Shown: positions 47,832-58,259 of the stretch, in pieces
How positions within the stretch are numbered: the stretch's first letter is position 1
Layout of the letters: every line of letters begins with the position of its first letter
From: Bacteroidales bacterium
GTDB lineage: Bacteria; Bacteroidota; Bacteroidia; Bacteroidales; Marinilabiliaceae
Length of the DNA stretch: 64,000 nt
Assembly: GCA_900766825.1 (NCBI GenBank)
Contig: CAAFWU010000017.1
Location: forward strand, 112-64,111
Direction: 5' to 3'
Made by a program: the position numbers and the translations under genes
Notes under the pieces: model-generated
Seen by the model: the letters and a program-made list of their open reading frames with translations, nothing else
Told to the model about the DNA's origin: nothing
The model's database searches: none

Positions 47832-48299
47832 ATGATTTATCGTGGTCTGGGCTCAGGTATTATTCGTGTAATCAGAGCAGATAATAAGATAGATTTTTAT
47901 AACGAGACTTCGGCTAATCAGTTTAGAGTGGTTATATGGAGAACTATCCAAAAGGATGATTATTCTATACAGAATAGTTCGATTACTATCCAAAAGAATG
48001 GTCAAAATGATAATATCACTATCCAAAATGGCTCGAATACTATCCAAAAGAGTGTGTTAAAAGATAGAACCAACAACCCCGAAGAAGATTCTACTATCCG
48101 AAAGCAACTCGACTCATCTGAATCTCTGGTGTTGGATTACATTCGCACTCATCCAACTGCCACAACCAATGATATGGTCATTGCTATTCAATCACTCTCG
48201 TTGGGGGGCGTTAAATTTGTTATCCGTAGGCTTAAGGAAAAGGGTCTGCTGATGCGTGTAGGTGGACGGAAGTGTGGTCAGTGGAAGATTTTGGACTAA
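47832..48299 (+). pseudogene. C-terminal remnant of an AlbA_2/HATPase_c_4-type 'ATP-dependent DNA helicase RecG-like' regulator
   Basis: Low GC. It has the GSGIIRVI motif, degenerate TIQK/TIQN repeats, then a winged-helix tail (LDYIRTHPTATTNDM...RLKEKGLLMRVGGRKCGQWKIL). The roughly 300-aa N-terminal half is missing, and there is an in-frame stop just upstream. Confidence 0.5.
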
Positions 48300-48404
48300 A
48301 ATGCTTTTTCTTAGCAATGTATAAATAAAGTATTGCACCCAATCCCTCTAAGTAAACCTTCGAGTGATTGGGTGCAATTGAATTTTACTTTAAGCCTGAT
48401 GTCT

Positions 48405-49466
48405 CTATTTCTCAGCGTAGACCACCGTTAGAACCGTTTCGCCCACTATGCGCATTGTGGTGCGGTCTATGTTTTCAAGCACATCGTTTTGTGTGTGCCA
48501 TGTGGGGCAGAAGCCCATGTTGCTGTCCAAACGGTAGTCTATGATGTCTATGCAGGGTATGTTGGTCAGACGGTTGACGTAGAGGTGGTCGTCGGTGATG
48601 TAGCCACCCTCGGTGCGGAGAAACGAGGCACCGTAGTTGAGCTGCTCGGCCACTGTCCACACTTTGTTCACCACCTCGGGAGCTTTGCTCTTGCTGTACA
48701 TCTCCATGGGAAAGGTGGCATCGCGTCCGCCCACCATATCCAGCAGAATGCCAAAACGATGTTCGGCTTTGCGTCCCTCTTCACTCTTAGCCCAGATCTG
48801 GCTGCCTATGCACCAGGTGTCGGGTCTGTAGTCCGTCACGTGCTTATGCTCTGGCGTGCCACCATCTTCGGCATCGAAAAAGATGATGTCTACACCCAAG
48901 TTTGGTGCTTTGGCTTGTAGCTGACGACCTATCTCCATCAGCACGGCAACGCCCGAGGCACCATCGTTGGCTCCGCTTATTGGGGTGTCTCGTTTGGTCT
49001 CATCTTCGTCCTGATCGGCAAAGGGACGACTATCGTAGTGGGCGCAGAGCAGGAGGCGGTTCACGCGGTCGGGGCGATATTTGGCCACAATGTTTCTAAC
49101 GGGTTGAGGCTGACCATCGTAGGTGGTGCCCATGTCGTTGGTCACGGTCACCTCGGCTCCAAAGGCTTGCATCTTGCCCGCAATCCACTCCACGCATTGG
49201 GTGTGGCTCTCGCTGCCTGGCACACGGGGACCAAAGGCCACCTGAGCGGCCACGTAGGCATAGGCCGAATCGGCAGAGAAACTGACAGATGGCAGGAACT
49301 CGGCGGCGCTCTGTTGCAAGTTCTGGCTGCTGTTGGCACACTCTGTTAGGCTCAGGGTCAAGAGCAAACTTAGGGCGGCGGCTCCGCTGGTTATCTTATG
49401 GGAGATTTTATGGGTCGTGACTTTGGTGCGCAACGACCACTTGGGGGTAGGGCTTTTCTGTATCAT
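48405..49466 (-). CDS. M28-family peptidase / glutaminyl-peptide cyclotransferase-like protein
   Basis: 353 aa. The metal-ligand pattern is CAHYDS, GANDGASGVAVLMEI and FFDAEDGG. Confidence 0.75.
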   Translation of the reverse strand: MIQKSPTPKWSLRTKVTTHKISHKITSGAAALSLLLTLSLTECANSSQNLQQSAAEFLPSVSFSADSAYAYVAAQVAFGPRVPGSESHTQCVEWIAGKMQAFGAEVTVTNDMGTTYDGQPQPVRNIVAKYRPDRVNRLLLCAHYDSRPFADQDEDETKRDTPISGANDGASGVAVLMEIGRQLQAKAPNLGVDIIFFDAEDGGTPEHKHVTDYRPDTWCIGSQIWAKSEEGRKAEHRFGILLDMVGGRDATFPMEMYSKSKAPEVVNKVWTVAEQLNYGASFLRTEGGYITDDHLYVNRLTNIPCIDIIDYRLDSNMGFCPTWHTQNDVLENIDRTTMRIVGETVLTVVYAEK

Positions 49467-49706
49467 CTATTTTTCGGTTTCTTTAGGACAAACTTAGCAA
49501 TTCTTTTCCTTATTGGGCGGGCATATGGGGCAATTTGTGGGGAGGCATTGGTGGGGAATGTGTGGGAAAGCAGGGCATGGTTGTTGGCTAATTGTTGGCT
49601 TATATTAAAATGGTAGGCTTTTGCTCTTTTCGTGAAAAATACTTAACTTTATTGCGGTTTGTCTACAATATATTAACTTATATTCAGCATTTCTTTTTGT
49701 AACACA

Positions 49707-52700
49707 ATGTGTCATAATAATATAGGCTTCGGCTTTAGGAGTTTTGTTATTAGGCTTTGCGCACTGTTCTTTTTTGTTGCGCTTGGTCAGGGTAATTTGT
49801 TGGCCATTTCAACCTATTGGCAGTCGCACGTCATTCGTCATTTGGGACAGAATGAGGGGTTGCCATATAATTTGGTGGACGACATCTGCACCGACTCCGA
49901 TGGGTTTGTATATCTGGCCACGGGCGGTGGTGGTCTCCTCCGCTACGATGGCTACTCCTTTGTCCCCTTCTCGCGCAGCACCCATGCCGACTTCCCCAGC
50001 GACTTCGTTTTTGCCGTTGCTGCCGACCAAAATGGCATTCTTTGGGTGGGAACCGAGTGCGGTCTGGCCCTTGTGGACCCCAGACAGCACAGTATTTTGC
50101 CCCTCAAACTCAATTCTGAGGCCAGTGAGCGAGACAGCGTCAACTTGAGCCAACTCAAGTGCAGCGTCAGCCATATAGTCATCGACGATCAGAACCATGC
50201 CTGGGTGGCCACCACCCACTCCATTGTCTGCCTCGAACTAGCGGACGATGGCACCCTAAGCGTTGTTGGGCAAGCCGATTTTACCGATGGCATAACAGCG
50301 CTGCAAAGCACCCAACGCGGTGTGGCCGTTGCCCTTGGGGCGCAGCTCTATATTGCCACGCTGGATCGCCATCATCACATGTCCATTCGCCCCTTCGAGC
50401 ACTCTATTCCCAATCGTAGTGCCTTGGTTATCAATTGCCTCATGGAGAGCAACGGTTTCCTTTGGGTGGGCACCAATTTGGGCCTCTTTAGGATAAACAG
50501 TGCCACGGGTGCTAACCAAGCCTTCTACCATTCGGATGCCGACCCCACCACGCTTACGCAGAACCACATAACCGACATTGCCACCGACGCCGACGGACGC
50601 ATTGTGGTGGCAACCCTCAAAGGCCTAAACGTCTTTGTGCATTCCAATGCCAGCTTCGAGCGAGTGACGCAGGACGATGATGTGCCTGGCAACGCCCTGT
50701 GTTCCAACTTTATCAACTGCCTCCACTCCACGCCTCAGGGTCTATGGGTGGGCACCGATGTCTCTGGCGCCGACTTCATCAGCCCCATGACTTTGGAGCT
50801 CGCCAACACCACCACCGATAATATCTGCGGCATAAAGAAGAACCAAGCAAAGGGTCAGGTGAGCACCATTCGCCCCGTCAATGCCATTGAGGAGGATGCC
50901 GATGGCACCGTTTGGCTCGGTATTATCGAGGGCGGTTTGGCTCGCAGACAACGTGGGGCTCAGGACTTTGAACTCTTTAATATTCAGAACCATGGTCTGT
51001 GCCATAACTCGGTGTCGGCTTTGGCTCTGGACAATGCAGGTCAGCTCTGGGTGGGCACCTGGGGCGGAGGTCTCGATGTTGTTAACCGCACTGCGCCCTC
51101 GTGCCCAGTCACGCGCCACTATGCTGGCTCGGCCAACGACCTCTCGTTTCTCAGCAGCGACTTCATTGGCTCTCTTAAGTACGACCCCATAAACCAAGGA
51201 GTTTGGGTGGGCACCATACATGGCATTGAGTTCATCGATGCCAAGGGCAACATCTGCCATCCCATTCCGTCGGACGCCTTCAAGGATATGAACGGAGCCC
51301 TTGGTGCCGACATTGACAGCAAGGGTCTGCTCTGGATGGGCACATCGATTGGCGTCTTTGTTATCGACCTCCACACCATGGTGGCTGGTGGCAATGCCGT
51401 GACCTATAAGCAGATAAGTCATAAACTCAACGACCCCAACGTCACGGGCGACCCCCGCATAACCTTTGTCTACCACAGCACCCAGCAGCAGAAACTCTTT
51501 GTCTGCACCAATGGCATGGGACTCTTTGTGCACTCCGATGCCGACCCCGACGACCAGTGGGATGTCTATGATGCCTCCAATGGTCTGGCCAACAACTGCG
51601 CCGTGAGCGTGGCCGAAGATACCGATGGCAATGTGTGGGTGACAACCAACAACGGTCTCTGCCTCCTAAACACCTCGAGTGGCATCATCCGCACCTTCTC
51701 TCATGCCGATGGTTTGCTCTCCGACTGCTTCTATTGGAATGCGGCCCATTCATCCCTCTCCAAGGGGCGCGTGCTTTTGGGGTCGCTCAGCGGGCTTACC
51801 GAGGTGGGGGCTCTGCGTGCCAACTCGGCATTCATGAGCAAGCGTCCGCCTGTCATAACCCGCCTCTTTGTCAACAATCAGGAGGTTGTGCCCTCGCCCG
51901 ATGGAGTCATAGACCAATCTATTGAGCAGACCGAAGCCATCTCTATCCACGAGGCCGACAAATCTTTTGCCGTGCAATTCTCCTCCTTCAACTTTGTAGA
52001 CCCCTCGTCGGTCCTCTTCCAGTACCGTCTCGATGGTTTCGACGACCGATGGCTCACTGTGCCCAAGGGGCAGAACATGGTGCAGTACACCAGTTTGCAG
52101 CCTCAGGACTACACCCTCCGCATCCGCTACGCAACGTCGGACGGCACTTGGAGCAACGAGCGAACTCTGGACATCACCGTCCGCCCCTTCCTCTATCGCT
52201 CCCCTTGGTTCTACCTCGTTCTGCTCGTTGTGGCTGTTCTTATAATACGCGTTGTCTTCCGCTTCCGCCTCCGCTATGTAGAGGAGAGTCGAAAATTGCT
52301 CAAAGAGCAAGTGAAGGAACGCACCGCCGAGCTTGAGGCTCAGAAAGATAGCCTCGAGCAACAGCGTGCCGAGCTGGAACAGAAGAACCAAAAACTCATA
52401 GACCAAAATAACTACATTACCCAGCAGAAAGAGAACATTCTGGAGATGACGGCCAAAATCCAGCGCCTCAGCATCGACAAACTCCAGTTCTTTACCAATG
52501 TGAGCCACGAGCTCCGAAGCCCCCTGACCCTCATCTCGGGTCCTTGCCGACGAGCCCTCTCGCTCAGCACTCAGCCCGAGGTTACCGAACAGCTTCAGCT
52601 CATCGACCGCAGTGCCCACATTCTGCTCGAGACCGTTAATCAGCTCATGGACTTCCGTCGTGTGGATTCTGTGGGCGTTCAGGTTCATCCCGTCTCCACC

Positions 52701-54098
52701 GACCTCCGAGCCTTTGTAGGCAACATGGTGGCCCCCTATGTGGCCTACGCTGCCGAGCAGAACATTGTCCTCAATGTCTTCTATCGCATTGCCTGCCCCA
52801 TTGTTCGCTTCGACCCCGATGCCATCAGCAAGATTCTCTCCAACCTGCTCTCCAATGCCATCAAATACTCCGATGGGGCCCGACGCATCGACCTCTTTGT
52901 GTGCCAAATCCTACGCGACGAAGCCCTCTGGACCTACATATGCGTGCGCGACCGAGGTCGAGGCATACCAGCCGATCAGGTCGATAAGGTTTTCGACCGT
53001 TTCTATAGGGCCAAGAGTCTCAACACTCCCGAGAGCCTCTCTTCGCAGAGCACAGGCATAGGTCTCTATTTGGTCAAAAACATTGTTACTCAGTGCAATG
53101 GCGAGGTCTATGCTCGCAACAATCAGGCAGGAGGTCTCTCTATGCGCGTCTTCCTGCCCACGCCCTCTGGCTCCGCACCCGCCGTGACTGATGTTGCAAA
53201 TGCCAGTGACAATGCAGATGCCCTTAACCCACAGGCTCAGCCTCATGACTCTGCCAATGCAACTGGTTCCGTCACCACCATTGTCTCCGACACCCAGACC
53301 GACCTCGGCTCCAACCCCATGATAGGTCCCGATGCCCAAACAACCGACCGCCTCACCGTGCTTGTGGTCGACGACTCGGCCGACATGAGGTTCTATATCC
53401 GCTCCATCCTCTCGCCCTACTATCGTGTCATAGAGGCCAAAGATGGTGTGATGGGCCTTACCGCCTTGGCCGAGAACGATGTTGACTTCATCATTGCCGA
53501 CCTCATGATGCCCATTATGGATGGTCTGGAGTTCGCTCGCAAGGTCAAAGCCGACTTTGCCTATTCCCACACCCCAATACTTATCCTCACGGCTCAGACC
53601 AGCAACATCTTCCAGACCGAGAGCTACCGCATTGGTGTGGAGAGCTACCTCCATAAGCCCTTCGATGAGGATATGCTTCTGGCTCGCATTCAGGGCATTA
53701 TATCGTGCCGACGCAATGACCAGAAGAAGTTCCTAACTTCGCTGGACACTGCCGACTTGAACATAGCGGGCGTGAGCGACGACCAGCGTTTTGTGGAGCG
53801 AGTGACCAACTTTGTCAAGGCACACTTTAGCGACCCCGAGTTCTCTATCGATGACATTGTGTCCGAAATAGGTTGCTCCAAGAGCATGCTACACAAGAAG
53901 ATGCAGAGCATTATGGGTCAGGCCCCTGGCAACTTCATTAGAACCTATCGTCTCAATGTGGCTCGTGAGATTTTGGCCAGTAAGAACAACAGCCTCAACG
54001 TGAGCCAAGTGGCCTACGAGGTGGGCTTTAACGATCCCAAATATTTCAGCCGCTGCTTTGCCAAAGCCTTTGGCTATCCTCCTTCTATGATTAATTAA
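49707..54098 (+). CDS. Hybrid two-component system sensor kinase/response regulator with AraC-type HTH (HTCS)
   Basis: 1463 aa. It has periplasmic beta-propeller-type repeats (LWVGT...), a TM segment, HisKA (FFTNVSHELRSPL), HATPase, a receiver (VLVVDDSADMR...DLMMPIMDG) and a C-terminal AraC HTH. Confidence 0.9.
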   Translation: MCHNNIGFGFRSFVIRLCALFFFVALGQGNLLAISTYWQSHVIRHLGQNEGLPYNLVDDICTDSDGFVYLATGGGGLLRYDGYSFVPFSRSTHADFPSDFVFAVAADQNGILWVGTECGLALVDPRQHSILPLKLNSEASERDSVNLSQLKCSVSHIVIDDQNHAWVATTHSIVCLELADDGTLSVVGQADFTDGITALQSTQRGVAVALGAQLYIATLDRHHHMSIRPFEHSIPNRSALVINCLMESNGFLWVGTNLGLFRINSATGANQAFYHSDADPTTLTQNHITDIATDADGRIVVATLKGLNVFVHSNASFERVTQDDDVPGNALCSNFINCLHSTPQGLWVGTDVSGADFISPMTLELANTTTDNICGIKKNQAKGQVSTIRPVNAIEEDADGTVWLGIIEGGLARRQRGAQDFELFNIQNHGLCHNSVSALALDNAGQLWVGTWGGGLDVVNRTAPSCPVTRHYAGSANDLSFLSSDFIGSLKYDPINQGVWVGTIHGIEFIDAKGNICHPIPSDAFKDMNGALGADIDSKGLLWMGTSIGVFVIDLHTMVAGGNAVTYKQISHKLNDPNVTGDPRITFVYHSTQQQKLFVCTNGMGLFVHSDADPDDQWDVYDASNGLANNCAVSVAEDTDGNVWVTTNNGLCLLNTSSGIIRTFSHADGLLSDCFYWNAAHSSLSKGRVLLGSLSGLTEVGALRANSAFMSKRPPVITRLFVNNQEVVPSPDGVIDQSIEQTEAISIHEADKSFAVQFSSFNFVDPSSVLFQYRLDGFDDRWLTVPKGQNMVQYTSLQPQDYTLRIRYATSDGTWSNERTLDITVRPFLYRSPWFYLVLLVVAVLIIRVVFRFRLRYVEESRKLLKEQVKERTAELEAQKDSLEQQRAELEQKNQKLIDQNNYITQQKENILEMTAKIQRLSIDKLQFFTNVSHELRSPLTLISGPCRRALSLSTQPEVTEQLQLIDRSAHILLETVNQLMDFRRVDSVGVQVHPVSTDLRAFVGNMVAPYVAYAAEQNIVLNVFYRIACPIVRFDPDAISKILSNLLSNAIKYSDGARRIDLFVCQILRDEALWTYICVRDRGRGIPADQVDKVFDRFYRAKSLNTPESLSSQSTGIGLYLVKNIVTQCNGEVYARNNQAGGLSMRVFLPTPSGSAPAVTDVANASDNADALNPQAQPHDSANATGSVTTIVSDTQTDLGSNPMIGPDAQTTDRLTVLVVDDSADMRFYIRSILSPYYRVIEAKDGVMGLTALAENDVDFIIADLMMPIMDGLEFARKVKADFAYSHTPILILTAQTSNIFQTESYRIGVESYLHKPFDEDMLLARIQGIISCRRNDQKKFLTSLDTADLNIAGVSDDQRFVERVTNFVKAHFSDPEFSIDDIVSEIGCSKSMLHKKMQSIMGQAPGNFIRTYRLNVAREILASKNNSLNVSQVAYEVGFNDPKYFSRCFAKAFGYPPSMIN

Positions 54099-54191
54099 TT
54101 AGGTGGGGGGCGCATAAATAAACCGACGAGCGATAAGCCACACAACTTATCGCTCGTCGGTCGTTTTATATCCTTACGTCAAGTAAGTAAT

Positions 54192-56897
54192 CTATTGTTT
54201 TTTGCGCGCCACACCCCTCACGGCGTCGGCCTCTAGTGGGTTGTCGGGCCACGAGTGTTTGGGGTATCGGCGTTTGAGTTCTTTGCGCACCTCGAAGTAG
54301 GTGTTCTCCCAAAAACTATGCAGGTCTTGCGTCAGCTGCACGGGCTTGTAGCCAGGCGAGAGGAGCTCCATCAGCACGGGGCGTTGCCCATTGTCCACCC
54401 GTGGGGTCTCCCTCATTCCAAAGCACTCTTGCAGCCTCACGCGGAGCACTGGGGCTGTGGCCTCGGGCCGATACTCTACACGTATTTTGCTTCCCGTGGG
54501 CACCTCTATGCGTTCGGGTGCCAGCCTGTCCACGGCCATCTGCTGTTCGTAGGTGAGGCGCGATGCCACCACTTGCGCCATGTCAATCTTCTTTAGCTCC
54601 GCCACTGTTTGAGCCTTGCCCATGAAGAGGGGCAGCCACTCGTGGGCCGATGCCTTCAATGCCTCGGTGCTCACATCGGGCAACTCCATCTCGGGGTGCC
54701 ATAAGCTCACGGCACCTATGCGTTGCTGAATGTTCACAACCTCATCGGCACCAAAGTCCATAATACGTTCGCCTTCGCGCACCACGGCATCGCATATGGC
54801 ATTTCTTACTTCGTCGGCTGGCACGTTTTGCAGTGGTCGGCTGCCCAAGATGAGCGAGCCAATCCTTAGCTCTCGTTGGGCCACAATGCCGCCGCGGCGT
54901 ATGTCCCACGTAACCACATCGCGCTCGCGCACCATGCTCCGTAGGTCTCGTGGGTCCAGAGCCGAAGCCATAAAAATTTTGCCAATGCCATTGGGACCAC
55001 TTTGGGTGTTTACTTCGGCAGCCACAATCCAAGGTTCGGCACTCAGGTCGTCGTGGCGTCCCATCTGGGCCATGTCGCCGCTCGAGAGCATGTAGAGCCC
55101 GGGTTTGCCTTCGCGAGCCGAGGCTATGCGCTCGGGGTAGGCGGCGGCCAGCAAATAGCCAATGTCTGCCTTGTCGAAACTGCTGTTGTCCTCCAGTGTC
55201 CCCCCTCGTTTTGTCTGTTGGTCGGTATCAGCAGTCAGTCGGCGATACTGCTCGGCAATCTTAGCAATGCGGTCCCACGCACGCCATTGACCTCCGTGCC
55301 CGCCCATGGGACTACGTTCCTTTTGAGCTTGAGCCCTATGTTTGCGCAAGGCATCGATGCGGAGGGCTATGTCGCAACCCACCGCGCTTTCGTTCTGGCC
55401 TGCAAAGCCACCATGCTGTCCTTGCTGCCCTTGCTGCCCTCGTTGGTTCTGCTGTGCCAGAGGGTCCTTCTCCTCCAATATGGCAGCAATGTCGGCAGCC
55501 AAGGTCTGCTGTTGGGCGTTGTGAGCCATGAGCATCATTTGTGCCATGCGGGGGTGGCAAGGCAGGTGGCTCAGTTCGCGACCGTGGGGTGTTATGCTGC
55601 CCTGCTCTTTGGGGTTATCGCTGTCGCTTAGGGCCCCCAGCATGGTCAGCAGACTTTGGGCTTGCGCTACATGACCCTTGGGTGGGGGAGTGAGCCAAGC
55701 CAGACGCATGGGGTCGCGTTCGCCCCACGCGGCAATGTCCAGCACCATTGGGGCCAAGTCGGCAGTCTCAATCTCGGCACGGCGGTTGGGCTGCATGCGG
55801 TGCTGCGTGGCGACCGTCCAGAGGCGGTAGCAGATGCCAGGGGCCACACGTCCTGCGCGACCTGCTCGTTGGTCGGCCATGTCCATGCTTATGCGCACGG
55901 TCTCCAGATGGCTCATGCCATTTTGGGGGTCGAAAATCATTTGGCGGCATAGACCCGAGTCTATGACTATGCGGACGCCCTCGATGGTGACAGATGTCTC
56001 GGCAATGGGTGTTGCCAGCACCACCTTGCGTTCGCCAGGGCGGCTGGGGCTTATGGCCATGCGCTGTTCGCGTTGCGAGAGCATGCCGTAGAGGGGCATT
56101 ATGTGTGTGGAACCCAATTTGTTGGCCAGTTGGCTTTGGCATCGGCGTATGTCGGTTTCGCCAGGCAGAAAGGCCAGAATGTCGCCCTCGTGCTGGGTGT
56201 GGGCCTCAACAATGCGGCGAGCCACAAGGTCGGCACATGTGGCGGGTTCGGCTTGGCTGTCGGTGTCGGGTGCCAGACGGATGTCTACAGGAAACATGCG
56301 ACCTTGGCTCGCAATAAGTTTGGCACTTAGGTCGCGGCAGAGGGCGGTGGTCTCTATGGTGGCGGACATTATGACAATGCGGAGGTCGGGGCGCAGCACT
56401 TGCTGCACCTCGCGGGCCAAGGCTAAGGCCACGTCGGCATTTATGCTTCGCTCGTGGAATTCGTCGAAGATGATTACGCTTACGCCCTCCAGCGTGGGGT
56501 CGGTTACAAGGCGGCGGGTCAGAATGCCCTCGGTGACCACCTCGATGCGGGTGGCCGAGCTTAGGCAGCGGTCGAAACGTACGGCGTAGCCCACGGTGCG
56601 ACCAACCTCTTCGCCAATCAGGTGGGCCATGCGTTCGGCAATCTGACGGGCGGCCAAGCGGCGGGGCTCGAGCATTATTATTTTGCCATTGGGGTCGGGG
56701 CGGTCGTTATGGCTCTCGTTATCTGCGTCTTTGGGACTTTCGCTCAGACCTTGCAGAATGGTTAGGGGCAGCAGGGTGGATTTGCCAGCTCCAGGGGGGG
56801 CTGTTATAATTAGTCGGTTGTCGGACCTCAGGGTTGTGTTTACGCTCTGGGCTATGTTGTAGGCTGGCAGACTCTGGGCCTCGTCGCTTATCTTCAT
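54192..56897 (-). CDS. hrpB: ATP-dependent RNA helicase HrpB (DEAH box)
   Basis: 901 aa with GAGKST, DEFHER, SATI and QRAGRAGR motifs and a C-terminal HrpB domain. It contains a Q/G-rich insertion. Confidence 0.88.
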   Translation of the reverse strand: MKISDEAQSLPAYNIAQSVNTTLRSDNRLIITAPPGAGKSTLLPLTILQGLSESPKDADNESHNDRPDPNGKIIMLEPRRLAARQIAERMAHLIGEEVGRTVGYAVRFDRCLSSATRIEVVTEGILTRRLVTDPTLEGVSVIIFDEFHERSINADVALALAREVQQVLRPDLRIVIMSATIETTALCRDLSAKLIASQGRMFPVDIRLAPDTDSQAEPATCADLVARRIVEAHTQHEGDILAFLPGETDIRRCQSQLANKLGSTHIMPLYGMLSQREQRMAISPSRPGERKVVLATPIAETSVTIEGVRIVIDSGLCRQMIFDPQNGMSHLETVRISMDMADQRAGRAGRVAPGICYRLWTVATQHRMQPNRRAEIETADLAPMVLDIAAWGERDPMRLAWLTPPPKGHVAQAQSLLTMLGALSDSDNPKEQGSITPHGRELSHLPCHPRMAQMMLMAHNAQQQTLAADIAAILEEKDPLAQQNQRGQQGQQGQHGGFAGQNESAVGCDIALRIDALRKHRAQAQKERSPMGGHGGQWRAWDRIAKIAEQYRRLTADTDQQTKRGGTLEDNSSFDKADIGYLLAAAYPERIASAREGKPGLYMLSSGDMAQMGRHDDLSAEPWIVAAEVNTQSGPNGIGKIFMASALDPRDLRSMVRERDVVTWDIRRGGIVAQRELRIGSLILGSRPLQNVPADEVRNAICDAVVREGERIMDFGADEVVNIQQRIGAVSLWHPEMELPDVSTEALKASAHEWLPLFMGKAQTVAELKKIDMAQVVASRLTYEQQMAVDRLAPERIEVPTGSKIRVEYRPEATAPVLRVRLQECFGMRETPRVDNGQRPVLMELLSPGYKPVQLTQDLHSFWENTYFEVRKELKRRYPKHSWPDNPLEADAVRGVARKKQ

Positions 56898-56942
56898 CTT
56901 TTTCTGTGGGGTGGGGGTGTCGTCTCGGGAGGGTATGTCTCT

Positions 56943-58058
56943 CTATTTCATAAGCTTATGCACGCCTTCGCGCCACTCTTCGGGAGTTACACCCACAATG
57001 CGACCAAAGTAGATTTTCATCTCCTCGGCACTGGAGTAGCCCACCTGATGGGCAACGTCCTCAATCTTGGCTTGAGGGGTGCGTATCAGAATCTCTTGGG
57101 CATCGTGTATGCGGAGCCGATTGATATGCTCGCGAAACGTGCAGCCAAACTTATGGTTGATGACCTTGGAGAGCATGGGGCAGGGAACATCCATCTCCTC
57201 CGATATCTGCTCAATGGTCACGCCAACCTTGCGGTATCCCTTGCGGTCGCGCCATTCGCCGAGGCGACTTATGGCCTCCTCGGTCTCACCAAACGAGGGT
57301 AGCTCCTTTTCGGACCATACGGTGGCCACGGACACGTCTACCTCCGATGCGTGGTGGATAAGGGCATAGCTGTCGCGGAAATTGAGTATGCTGATGCCCA
57401 AAAAGATGTAGCTGACGAGGCAAACGATGGCGTAGATGGCGTTGACCTCAACACTAAGCACCGACGCAATGGGGCTAAAGAGACCTACGGCCACAAAGCA
57501 GAGGACCGATGTGCGTATGCCGCGCATGCTCTGAGCCACGTCATCTGAGTAGAAGTTATCTATCTTAATTACAATGCGATGGTAAGTCTTAGCAATGCGA
57601 CCCGCATAGTAGGCAATGAAGATGCCCCATAGTCCCACCACTATGCCGAAGAGGATGTCCGATATCAATCCGTCCTCTATGATGGCCGTGGCCGTTACGG
57701 CAGCAGCCGAAATGACCCAAAGTGCCATCTCGTGTTGTTTGCGGAGGGTGCGGTCGTTGCGGTCGTCGATAAGGGAGAGAACCGACCACGAGAACATGGC
57801 CGCCACGGGTGTGTAGGTGGTCACGTCGAGCACGGTGCACCACTTGCTGCCGCCCAACCCTACCATATTCAGCAACATGCTGCACACAAAGTTGAAAGCT
57901 ATGGTGCCAAAGACCCCTGCCATGTAGTGTACCGAACGGCGGTATGGGCTGTATTGCGCTGTCTGATTAATATGTTGACAAGCCATGGTTACGCACAAGG
58001 TGAGCAACACACCCACGCCCAAGCTCAAAACCAAGTAGTATATCAAGTCCCAATTCAT
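56943..58058 (-). CDS. Membrane-anchored AraC-family transcriptional regulator
   Basis: 371 aa with about 6 N-terminal TM segments and a C-terminal AraC HTH (AHQVGYSSAEEMKIYFGRIVGVTPEEWR). Confidence 0.8.
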   Translation of the reverse strand: MNWDLIYYLVLSLGVGVLLTLCVTMACQHINQTAQYSPYRRSVHYMAGVFGTIAFNFVCSMLLNMVGLGGSKWCTVLDVTTYTPVAAMFSWSVLSLIDDRNDRTLRKQHEMALWVISAAAVTATAIIEDGLISDILFGIVVGLWGIFIAYYAGRIAKTYHRIVIKIDNFYSDDVAQSMRGIRTSVLCFVAVGLFSPIASVLSVEVNAIYAIVCLVSYIFLGISILNFRDSYALIHHASEVDVSVATVWSEKELPSFGETEEAISRLGEWRDRKGYRKVGVTIEQISEEMDVPCPMLSKVINHKFGCTFREHINRLRIHDAQEILIRTPQAKIEDVAHQVGYSSAEEMKIYFGRIVGVTPEEWREGVHKLMK

Positions 58059-58259
58059 ACGTGTGAGTTAATTTCACTTTGGCAAATATAGCTACAATTT
58101 ATCGTCTTATTTGTATTTTTGCAATCTAAACAGTTTCCTTTCGCAATAAGTTAACCCTTTTCTGTCAGATATGTGTTTACGTCTCTTAATTACGTACTTC
58201 TGACAACATTTGGGGGCAACTCATTATTAGAAACCATCTACATCATATAGTAAAATAAA

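Noticed and set aside
47943-48103. Spaced ACTATCCAAAA repeats as a possible mini-CRISPR.
   Set aside because: The repeats are only 11 nt, the spacing is irregular (21-54 nt), and they lie in frame within an ORF encoding a TIQK/TIQN linker. There are no cas genes.
55380-55480. The Q/G-rich insertion (QQNQRGQQGQQGQHGG) in HrpB, encoded by short imperfect DNA repeats.
   Set aside because: It is probably a surface-loop expansion. It is in frame and nothing suggests mobile or regulatory function. It is only worth checking for length polymorphism.
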